A DNA stretch of 64,000 nucleotides from a bacterium (GTDB lineage: Bacteria; Patescibacteriota; Microgenomatia; UBA8517). The translations under genes and the position numbers were made by a program. The stretch's first letter is position 1; each line of letters opens with the position of its first letter. The stretch is from assembly GCA_030583725.1 (NCBI GenBank), contig CP129472.1, positions 270,958 through 334,957 on the forward strand, in the 5' to 3' direction. This document shows positions 57,018 to 64,000 of the stretch, in pieces. A model generated the notes under the pieces. That model saw nothing but the letters and a program-made list of their open reading frames with translations, ran no database searches and was not told the DNA's origin.

Positions 57018-57767
57018 TTATACTTTATATCTACCGTAAATTGCATTAATTCTAACCTTAACAAGATCCCTAAACCCTTCCCAAGAATCTTTAATTGGAT
57101 TTACTTTTGTCCCCTCTTTGTGATGCCAGACAACTGGAACTTCTGCAACTTTTAGTTTTAATTTTCTTGCAACATATAGAATTTCTAAATCAAACCCAGC
57201 TGAAACAGATGCCCCCGACTGGGCTTGTTTTTGATTGAAAACTTTAAGTCTTTTAAAAATCTTGTTAGATGCTGACATTGTAAAGGCCTTAAAACCACAT
57301 TGAGTATCTTTATAAGGAAGCTGCAATATTATATTTCTAAGAATTGAAAACCCATAGGCCATGGTTTTCCTAATTAGAGGTGCTCCTTCCCTACCTGCTC
57401 TTGAACCAATAACAATGTCGTAACCCTGTTTAAACTTTGGTAATACTTTTTCTAACTGATCTATGGGTGTGGCCTGATCCATATCATCAAATATTATTAT
57501 TTCCCCCTTTGCCTGAAGCATTCCTGCAATCACAGTTCCACCCTTCCCCCTGTGAGGCTCTCTTAAAACTCTCACATTTTTACGATTAACAGCAAATTTT
57601 TCAGCCAATTCACCCGTTTTATCTGTGGATCCATCATCAACGACTAATATCTCCCAAGTATATTTCTGGCCACCTAAATAGTCACATATACCCGAAAGAG
57701 CACCCGTTCTTATATTATTCTCTTCGTTATAAGACGGTATTACTACACTTAAAAATGGTCTTCTCAT
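57018..57767 (-). CDS. GT2 polyprenyl-phosphate hexosyltransferase (DPM1/ArnC-like)
   Basis: 249 aa. LSVVIPSYNEENNI ... LVVDDGSTDKT ... IFDDMDQATP. Confidence 0.85.
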   Translation of the reverse strand: MRRPFLSVVIPSYNEENNIRTGALSGICDYLGGQKYTWEILVVDDGSTDKTGELAEKFAVNRKNVRVLREPHRGKGGTVIAGMLQAKGEIIIFDDMDQATPIDQLEKVLPKFKQGYDIVIGSRAGREGAPLIRKTMAYGFSILRNIILQLPYKDTQCGFKAFTMSASNKIFKRLKVFNQKQAQSGASVSAGFDLEILYVARKLKLKVAEVPVVWHHKEGTKVNPIKDSWEGFRDLVKVRINAIYGRYKV

Positions 57768-59281
57768 TTTTCTATTCTATATCTTTTTTGTACTACAATT
57801 CCACCGAATCTTTCATCATCAACCACCATACCAATACCCTCTTGTCTGTCTAGCCATGCCTCAAGCCTCTCAGGGTGTGGTGGGTCAACTTCATAAACAG
57901 TATAAAGTAAACTTGTTTGTTCTGGAAATTGATCTAAGTTTTGCCATTTAAACAAGTAGTCATATGCGTGTGGTATTACTGGTGGTACATAGACATCAAC
58001 GTTAAAATCTGCATCGGAGTCATTCTTAATCCACTCAACCATATCCAACTGGTTCTTGAAAGCTATTATTTCAGGATCATTTAATGGTTTCTTATAATAT
58101 TCAAAACTGTTGTAATTTTGAATTGAAAAAATAATCAAAAAAGATATTCCTACTAACCTACCCCAATTTGACTGCCAAAGGGAATCAAGAACCACAGCGA
58201 ACATCAGAATAAAAACTAAATAGTAAGCAGTAAAATAATAATCATAAAAACCTCCTAAATTACTAACAAAAAATAACGTTCCTACAAATGGGGCTAAAAA
58301 TGTAATAAACAAAATTTGAAACTTTTTGTTTTTCCAAAGTACCTTGAAATTTTTAAATAGTAAATATACAAATAAAACAAGAAAGGGTAAAAAAAACAGA
58401 TCACCATCAACCCAAAACTTTGATGCAAAAAGGTCATAGTATTTTGAAAACCTGGCAGTTAATGTCTGTATAAAATCAATCGTAAAGGTCTTTTCATTAA
58501 ATACAAAGTTATAAAAAGCTTTTATCATTACGCCTTTATGTCTTACTTCAAATAATATTTGTGGTAAAAAGGTAAAAACAAAAACAAACACTGAGAGTGT
58601 TATAATTTTTAAGCTTGGAATTAACTTTTTGTTTAGAAATAAAATCAAAAGCAATGCGGGGATCAAATAAAGCTCAGTAGCAGCTCCAAAGTTTAAACCC
58701 ATACCGATGACAAATGAGGCCAGAGGCAAAGACCACCATCTTTTTTCAAGGAACTTTATCATTGAAAAAACAAATACCACACCCGTCAGCATTGTGGGAG
58801 TAGGATTTGAAAGCCACCTAGATGCCCCAATTATATAACTAGAAAAACTTGCAATTAATAATGCAAACAAACCCACTCTTTTATTAGATATATTTTTTGC
58901 AACTAAGTATAAAATAAGTAAAGCCAAAACTGATATGAATATCAAAAAATAATTTGCATACAATGGATTACCGTTAGAAAAATAGTAAGCGGGGGTAATT
59001 AAATAATAATACCAAGGACCTCTAAAGATACCGGTATTCCCCATCATTGGGCCTATTAAAAATAATTTACCATTATGAATTAAGTCCCAAATAACCAAAG
59101 CATCGCGACCTTGGTCATACCAAAAACCTAAAAGTTCAGGAAGTCTATATATTCGTACCAAAAAGGCTGTAATCAAAATTACGAAAATTAATATGTTCCA
59201 AGGAGTAAACAACTTCTTGCCACATAGCAAGAAGTTATGCTTAATTTTTGTTAAGAATTTCTTCTCAAGATTTATTGGCAT
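57764..59281 (-). CDS. GT-C glycosyltransferase, ArnT-like
   Basis: 505 aa. LLGFWYDQGRDALVIWDLIHNGKLFLIGPMMGNTGIFRGPWYYYL is collinear with 60288 (FLGDEGRDSIVVRNLLVHKDLFLIGPGTSVGNMYLGPLYYYL). Confidence 0.65.
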   Translation of the reverse strand: MPINLEKKFLTKIKHNFLLCGKKLFTPWNILIFVILITAFLVRIYRLPELLGFWYDQGRDALVIWDLIHNGKLFLIGPMMGNTGIFRGPWYYYLITPAYYFSNGNPLYANYFLIFISVLALLILYLVAKNISNKRVGLFALLIASFSSYIIGASRWLSNPTPTMLTGVVFVFSMIKFLEKRWWSLPLASFVIGMGLNFGAATELYLIPALLLILFLNKKLIPSLKIITLSVFVFVFTFLPQILFEVRHKGVMIKAFYNFVFNEKTFTIDFIQTLTARFSKYYDLFASKFWVDGDLFFLPFLVLFVYLLFKNFKVLWKNKKFQILFITFLAPFVGTLFFVSNLGGFYDYYFTAYYLVFILMFAVVLDSLWQSNWGRLVGISFLIIFSIQNYNSFEYYKKPLNDPEIIAFKNQLDMVEWIKNDSDADFNVDVYVPPVIPHAYDYLFKWQNLDQFPEQTSLLYTVYEVDPPHPERLEAWLDRQEGIGMVVDDERFGGIVVQKRYRIEK

Positions 59282-60266
59282 ATTTACGACATACAGTCAA
59301 AACTTTTTCCAAGGCCTCGTTAAATGGAGCTTCTACTTTGGCGCCTGACGCATATATATGACCACCGCCACCTAACTCTGTAGCAATTGCCGAGGTATCA
59401 AAACCGGTTCTCGACCTAAAACTTATAGCTAAAACATCTTTTTCTTGTTCTAAGGCAACAAATCCAAATTCAGTCCCCTCAACAACCTGACAAAACATAC
59501 TAGCGACAGACTCTTTAGCCATGGTCAGTTTATTATATTTCTGATAAACTTGGTGAGGTAATGCCGTCCAAACAAATTTATGCTCTTTATCGATTTGAAC
59601 ACTAGATAAGGCTTCTCCGTAAAACTTGATTAACTCAAAAGAGTCGCTTCTATATAAATTATGAATAGCTTTGTCTTTATCACCCCCCAGTTTCATTAAA
59701 GTGCTTACAGTATTAAAGGTCCTCTCATTCGCACCAGGGTATCTGAATGCCCCAGTATCTCCAACTATTCCTGCCATCAGTGAATCTGCAATTTCCTTGT
59801 TTAAAACAATATTCCAATCCTCAAAAACTAAATAAAGCAACTCTCCCACCGAGGTAACTTTTTGATCTATTAGGTTAATCTCGCCATACTTATTGTTAGT
59901 ATGATGATGATCGATAACTATAGTCCTAATATCTTTAGGTATAAAATTTTTTAAACCAGTCACCATATCCCAATTTGAAGAATCCAAGGTAATGAACAAC
60001 TCAAAACTTGAGAAGTCAAACTCATTGAAGTTGACACCTTTCTTGATTGTGTCAAAACCTGAAAGATAGCTAACATTTTGATACAGCTCGTCGCTCGGGC
60101 AGATGACCTCAACTTCTTTACCCATAGCCAAAAGCACACCTTTCATTGCCAAGGCACTACCAATTGAGTCGGGGTCTGGTGAACGATGACAGTTTAGAAG
60201 TATTCTTTTGACCCTTTTAATTTCCTCTAATATTAACTGTGATTCATTATAATTTGTTGTTTTCAT
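59265..60266 (-). CDS. nrnA: DHH/DHHA1 phosphoesterase, NrnA-like (nanoRNase / pAp phosphatase)
   Basis: 333 aa. CHRSPDPDSIGSALA (DHH motif I/II), VIDHHHTN (DHH motif III), and a C-terminal GGGH block (DHHA1). Confidence 0.82.
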   Translation of the reverse strand: MKTTNYNESQLILEEIKRVKRILLNCHRSPDPDSIGSALAMKGVLLAMGKEVEVICPSDELYQNVSYLSGFDTIKKGVNFNEFDFSSFELFITLDSSNWDMVTGLKNFIPKDIRTIVIDHHHTNNKYGEINLIDQKVTSVGELLYLVFEDWNIVLNKEIADSLMAGIVGDTGAFRYPGANERTFNTVSTLMKLGGDKDKAIHNLYRSDSFELIKFYGEALSSVQIDKEHKFVWTALPHQVYQKYNKLTMAKESVASMFCQVVEGTEFGFVALEQEKDVLAISFRSRTGFDTSAIATELGGGGHIYASGAKVEAPFNEALEKVLTVCRKYANKS

Positions 60267-60287
60267 AAAATTTATGATTTCTCTAAT

Positions 60288-61874
60288 TTATTGTTTTTTA
60301 CTGTGTACCAGTTTGTATATTATAACACCGTCCACTTCCCAAACACTTTCAACTTTGCTCCAACCAAAGTTGGCAACTTCTGCCTTAGGTGAATGAGTTG
60401 GGTCACATTTTTCTTTTGGTTTTTCACAGACAACAAAAAGTTGATCTTTTATTGATTCTTCTATCTGGGCGTCAATTTTGACAACTTTATCGCTTTCTTT
60501 TTCTAAAAAGTAACGGTATCCATCTTCGTAATTACTATCTGCAATCACAGCAAGGTTAAATTCAGCTGTCTTTGACTCATCTATTATTTTTGTAGCAACA
60601 TTTTGTGCCCTTGCCATTTGTCTGTTTGGCTCTTTAAGAATTGGTGTTTCAGATATGTTCCAAATAACCAAAAATCCTAACAATAAATATATTAGACCAA
60701 CACCAATTTTACTTAAGTTCTCAAGAATCCCATCAATAAAGCCTGCGAAGAACAAAAAAATCGCAGGAAATAGAAAACCAAAATAGTGATCATAGATAGG
60801 TTGTTTATATATTCCAAAACCTATAAACCCAAAAAATAACCAGACAGTTAAAAACAAGAATCCTTCTGCTTCGTTCTTGTGTAATTTTTTACGACTTAAC
60901 ACAAATAAAATTGATGGTATGGAGACAATTGTCAAAATAAGATTACCCAAATTTTTATTTCCAACTCCAAGTAAAGATGTTGAAATGTTTTCAGCAATTT
61001 CTGGAATTCTAGGTAAAGCACTCCATGGTTTTGCAGAGACAGTAGTTTCTCTTTCTGTTACGAATTTTACTAAGGAGTTTGTATTTAACCAATTGTGACG
61101 AATGTCAAAAGCCAAAAGTGGTGACATTAAAAACAAAAATGTTATTAAGCCAAAAATACTCATTCTCATAAAACTTGCTACTTCCCCAGTCCAGTTCCCT
61201 GCCAAGTTAAACCTTAAAACTTTCCATACCCAAAATAATAAAATTACAGGTGCCAAAAGCAAACCTAAATAGTGAGACTGCAAACAAAATGCAAATGAAA
61301 TACCAAGAACTACTAGCCAACTATACAATCCTTTTTTCCAAAACTTCCAGACTGAATAGACTGTTAGTAGGGCAAAGAAGGGCATTATGTTCGGATTCCA
61401 CGATGAATGAGAGAAAATTATAACAGTCGGGCTAACTGCAAAAAGAAGTGATGCAATTAAACCAGCTTTTTTACTGAACCACTCACAGCCCACAAAATAT
61501 ACAAACCATATCGTAAACACACCCAACAAAGCCACAAATACAGCAGGACCCACAGGGGAGAAATTGGCTAAAGCCAAGGGAATTGCAATCAAATAATAAT
61601 ATAGAGGACCCAAATACATATTCCCAACCGAGGTGCCAGGACCTATCAAAAATAAATCCTTATGAACAAGTAAATTTCTGACAACTATCGAATCCCTACC
61701 CTCATCCCCTAAAAAGGTCATATATTGGTCAATTTTATAGAGTCTCAAGAAAGCTCCCACCAATAAAATTAAAATAATCAGCCAATTAGTTTTTATAAAA
61801 TTAATAAATTTATAATTCATAAGTTTTAAGTTCATATGTTTGATGTCTATAAAGTTTATTTGAGTTTGCGCCAC
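60288..61874 (-). CDS. GT-C glycosyltransferase, ArnT-like, downstream partner of a DPM1-like GT2
   Basis: 528-aa ORF. The true start is probably an internal Met, MNLKLMNYKF or MNYKFINFI. Carries the LGDEGRD loop motif and a C-terminal soluble domain. Confidence 0.65.
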   Translation of the reverse strand: MAQTQINFIDIKHMNLKLMNYKFINFIKTNWLIILILLVGAFLRLYKIDQYMTFLGDEGRDSIVVRNLLVHKDLFLIGPGTSVGNMYLGPLYYYLIAIPLALANFSPVGPAVFVALLGVFTIWFVYFVGCEWFSKKAGLIASLLFAVSPTVIIFSHSSWNPNIMPFFALLTVYSVWKFWKKGLYSWLVVLGISFAFCLQSHYLGLLLAPVILLFWVWKVLRFNLAGNWTGEVASFMRMSIFGLITFLFLMSPLLAFDIRHNWLNTNSLVKFVTERETTVSAKPWSALPRIPEIAENISTSLLGVGNKNLGNLILTIVSIPSILFVLSRKKLHKNEAEGFLFLTVWLFFGFIGFGIYKQPIYDHYFGFLFPAIFLFFAGFIDGILENLSKIGVGLIYLLLGFLVIWNISETPILKEPNRQMARAQNVATKIIDESKTAEFNLAVIADSNYEDGYRYFLEKESDKVVKIDAQIEESIKDQLFVVCEKPKEKCDPTHSPKAEVANFGWSKVESVWEVDGVIIYKLVHSKKQ

Positions 61875-62554
61875 AATCTAAATAAATCCACAAAGCTTTT
61901 TACAATTACCTTCAAATCTCTACCAGTTCCTTTTCCTTGTGTTCTTGGATAATGTGTCACTGGGATCTCAACTATTTTAAAGCCTGCTTTTTTTGCTTTA
62001 ATCAAAAATTCTGAAGAAATAAATGCACCCCTCTCGCTTTCCAAACGTGGAATTTTTTTGATCACCTCACTTTTAATCAACTTAAAGCCGCAATCAATAT
62101 CTTTTACATATAATCCAAAAAGTAACATTACTGAAATCTCCCACATTTTGGAAGTAATTATTTTAAACTTACTTACCCTGCGTTTTTTATAATAACCAAT
62201 CACAAGGTCTGCGTTTGTTTCTTTCTGCTTTTTTATAAAATTATCAATTTCGGAAAGGTCAAATTGTCCATCTGAATCTGTAAATGCAATCCAGTCATAT
62301 TTTGCGTTATAAAACCCAGATTGTAAACTTGCTCCATAGCCTTTATTTTGTTTGTGGGTAATGACTTTTATTTTAGGATTTTTATTTCTTAATTGACTTG
62401 CAATCTGACCTGTTCTATCCGTAGAGCCATCATTAACCACAATTATCTCCCAACTTTTAAACCTTTTATTTAAGACATCAACAGCCTTATTCACAGTACC
62501 CTTGATATTTCCTTCTTCATTATATGTTGGAAAAAAGACAGAAAGAGAATCCAT
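61856..62554 (-). CDS. GT2 polyprenyl-phosphate hexosyltransferase (DPM1/ArnC-like)
   Basis: 232 aa. LSVFFPTYNEEGNI ... IVVNDGSTDRT ... FTDSDGQF. Confidence 0.85.
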   Translation of the reverse strand: MDSLSVFFPTYNEEGNIKGTVNKAVDVLNKRFKSWEIIVVNDGSTDRTGQIASQLRNKNPKIKVITHKQNKGYGASLQSGFYNAKYDWIAFTDSDGQFDLSEIDNFIKKQKETNADLVIGYYKKRRVSKFKIITSKMWEISVMLLFGLYVKDIDCGFKLIKSEVIKKIPRLESERGAFISSEFLIKAKKAGFKIVEIPVTHYPRTQGKGTGRDLKVIVKSFVDLFRLWRKLK

Positions 62555-62603
62555 ATATTGGTAAGTCTAACACATCCGAGCTTAGATGTGATATTATCAA
62601 ATT
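62555..62603. promoter_or_regulatory. Divergent intergenic region with an extended -10-like TGaTATTAT close to the plus-strand ATG
   Basis: 49-bp gap between the minus-strand GT2 start and the plus-strand ATG at 62604. TGATATTAT ends about 8 nt before the ATG, and no Shine-Dalgarno sequence is present. Confidence 0.2.
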
Positions 62604-63734
62604 ATGAGAAAGCTATCTAAATTCATACCTATTATCTTGTTTGCAATTGTTCCAACTCTTTTGATTTGGTTGCCTTTTTTTTTCAGATTGGAAAAATTTT
62701 GGAACATCCCACTACCAAACCAAGGTATGGCAACTATTGTTGCTAATTATGACGGACCGTTATACATTGTAGCTGCCAAAACACTATATGACCCCGAGTT
62801 GATTAGCGCCAATTATCAATTCCCCCTTACTAATGAATACTACTCAGCACACTTTCCCCTGTTTCCACTATTAATCAAAGCTTTTGGCTATATCTTAGGT
62901 CATCCATATTCAATGTTGGCTACAACAATATTAACAACTATCCTAGCTCTTTTCTTCTTTTATAAACATGCAAGAAAATATTTAGACAAAAACAATGCAC
63001 TCTGGCTGACGTTTGTGTTTTCAGTTTTTCCTGCAAGATGGTTAATAGTCAGATCGGTAGGTTCTCCTGAACCTTTTTTTATTGCAGCAATCCTTGCCTC
63101 AACATACTATTTTGATAAACAAAAATATTGGCTTGCAGGACTTTGGGGAATGCTAGCACAGATAACCAAGTCCCCTGCAATACTACTTTTTGGAGCATAT
63201 ATTCTCCAAATTGTTATTTCTCAGATACACAATCTAGATAAAATAAAAATTAAAAAATACATACCACTTCTCTTAATGCCTTTTGGAGTATTGTTAGTCT
63301 TTTCACTATATAAATATGCATATGGAGATTTCCTTACTTATTTTAAATCTGGAGATAATATGCACTTGTTTTTCCCACCTTTTCAAATTTTTAACTATTC
63401 AGACGTATGGGTAGGTACTTTTTGGCTTGAAGAGATAATATTTGTATATTTATTTGGAGTATTAGGAATTTATAAACTCTTTCAAGAAAAGCTATCAACA
63501 TATTTCTATTTCTCACTAATCTTTTTTATACCACTCTTATTTGTGGCACATAGGGATTTGTTAAGATATTCTTTACCTCTAGTACCATTCTTGTTGTTAG
63601 GTTATAAGGATTTTATAATAAAAACAGAATTTAAAATTGCAATGGCAGTTTTGATAATCCCAATTTATCTTTATTCACTAACCTTCATATCTCAAAACGC
63701 CATGCCAATATCTAACTGGGCTCCATTCCTTTAA
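62604..63734 (+). CDS. Polytopic membrane protein, GT-C-like (PIG-V/DUF2029-like), paralog type of 23519..24658
   Basis: 376 aa with about 10 helices. The first loop ATIVANYDGPLYIVAAKTLY is comparable to WANFDGEHFTSIALYGY in 23519..24658. Confidence 0.45.
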   Translation: MRKLSKFIPIILFAIVPTLLIWLPFFFRLEKFWNIPLPNQGMATIVANYDGPLYIVAAKTLYDPELISANYQFPLTNEYYSAHFPLFPLLIKAFGYILGHPYSMLATTILTTILALFFFYKHARKYLDKNNALWLTFVFSVFPARWLIVRSVGSPEPFFIAAILASTYYFDKQKYWLAGLWGMLAQITKSPAILLFGAYILQIVISQIHNLDKIKIKKYIPLLLMPFGVLLVFSLYKYAYGDFLTYFKSGDNMHLFFPPFQIFNYSDVWVGTFWLEEIIFVYLFGVLGIYKLFQEKLSTYFYFSLIFFIPLLFVAHRDLLRYSLPLVPFLLLGYKDFIIKTEFKIAMAVLIIPIYLYSLTFISQNAMPISNWAPFL

Positions 63735-63797
63735 TTACCTTCTAACAAAAATAAAGCCTGTGGGTTTTACACATATTCAAAGACTAATAATATACAA

Positions 63798-64000
63798 ATG
63801 GAAATAGCTAGACATTGGAGGCTAAAACAACAAAGATATAATCTGGTAGGAGAAGTGTGCCCACATTGTGATCACAAAATGTTTCCTCCTAGAGATATAT
63901 GTAACAACTGCGGAGACGAGGCAAAAGATCTTTTTACGTTTAGCGGTAAAGGGGAAGTCTATTCACATACTACTGTTTATGAAGCCCCAAGTGGTTATGA
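63798..64000 (+). CDS. DUF35-family Zn-ribbon/OB-fold protein (thiolase / HMG-CoA-synthase-associated), partial at the 3' window edge
   Basis: MEIARHWRLKQQRYNLVGEVCPHCDHKMFPPRDICNNCGDE shows the characteristic WR..RY.L.G..C..C....FPPR..C..CG rubredoxin-like ribbon of DUF35 proteins. The ORF is open to the window end. Confidence 0.6.
   Translation, partial: MEIARHWRLKQQRYNLVGEVCPHCDHKMFPPRDICNNCGDEAKDLFTFSGKGEVYSHTTVYEAPSGY

Noticed and set aside
63735-63797. Possible intrinsic terminator (GCCTGTGGGTTTT) after the GT-C gene 62604..63734
   Set aside because: The stem is at most 3 bp (GCC/GGG) and no convincing hairpin precedes the T-run, so it is not supportable as a terminator
1-64000. CRISPR arrays, tRNA/rRNA genes, and IS or prophage elements
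   Set aside because: Intergenic gaps are all under 100 bp and show no repeat-spacer periodicity and no GC-rich structured-RNA-like islands. No transposase, integrase or phage-structural motifs appear in any long ORF

Overview
The window is 64 kb, AT-rich (about 30% GC by eye) and almost entirely coding. It holds about 58 tightly packed CDS, most on the minus strand, with short gaps or overlapping stop/start codons that suggest long operons. No rRNA, tRNA, CRISPR array, transposase or integrase was recognised.

Nearly every gene belongs to one very large cell-envelope glycan / glycosylation locus:
- Nucleotide-sugar tailoring: an FdtA/QdtA-type dTDP-4-keto-6-deoxyhexose 3,4-ketoisomerase next to a DegT/FdtB-type PLP aminotransferase, a GDP-L-fucose-synthase-like epimerase/reductase, and a classical SDR.
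- Cytoplasmic transferases: about 10 GT2 (four of them DPM1/ArnC-like polyprenyl-phosphate-sugar synthases), 2 GT4, a CgeB-like transferase, and a DXD GT-A-like protein.
- Eight SAM-dependent methyltransferases, including an FkbM type and two with N-terminal zinc ribbons.
- Two export routes: a Wzm/Wzt ABC exporter whose Wzt carries a C-terminal glycan-binding-type extension, and a Wzx flippase.
- Twenty-two polytopic GT-C-fold-like membrane proteins from at least five sequence families, several in tandem paralog arrays (ArnT-like x5; PTPS-related-like x3; DUF2029/GT87-like x2; a family sharing a GHDGxWHIAL motif x2; PIG-V-like x2).

Genes embedded in the locus that are not obviously glycan-related: a class-II Fic (AMPylase family) protein, a CapA/PGA_cap metallophosphatase, an NrnA-like DHH phosphoesterase, a 676-aa protein I could not assign, and a partial DUF35 Zn-ribbon/OB-fold protein at the 3' edge.

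Gene content and codon bias suggest an uncultivated AT-rich bacterium, possibly Candidate Phyla Radiation / Patescibacteria (Microgenomates-like). That is inference only. All functional calls rest on motifs read from the translations. No database search was run.
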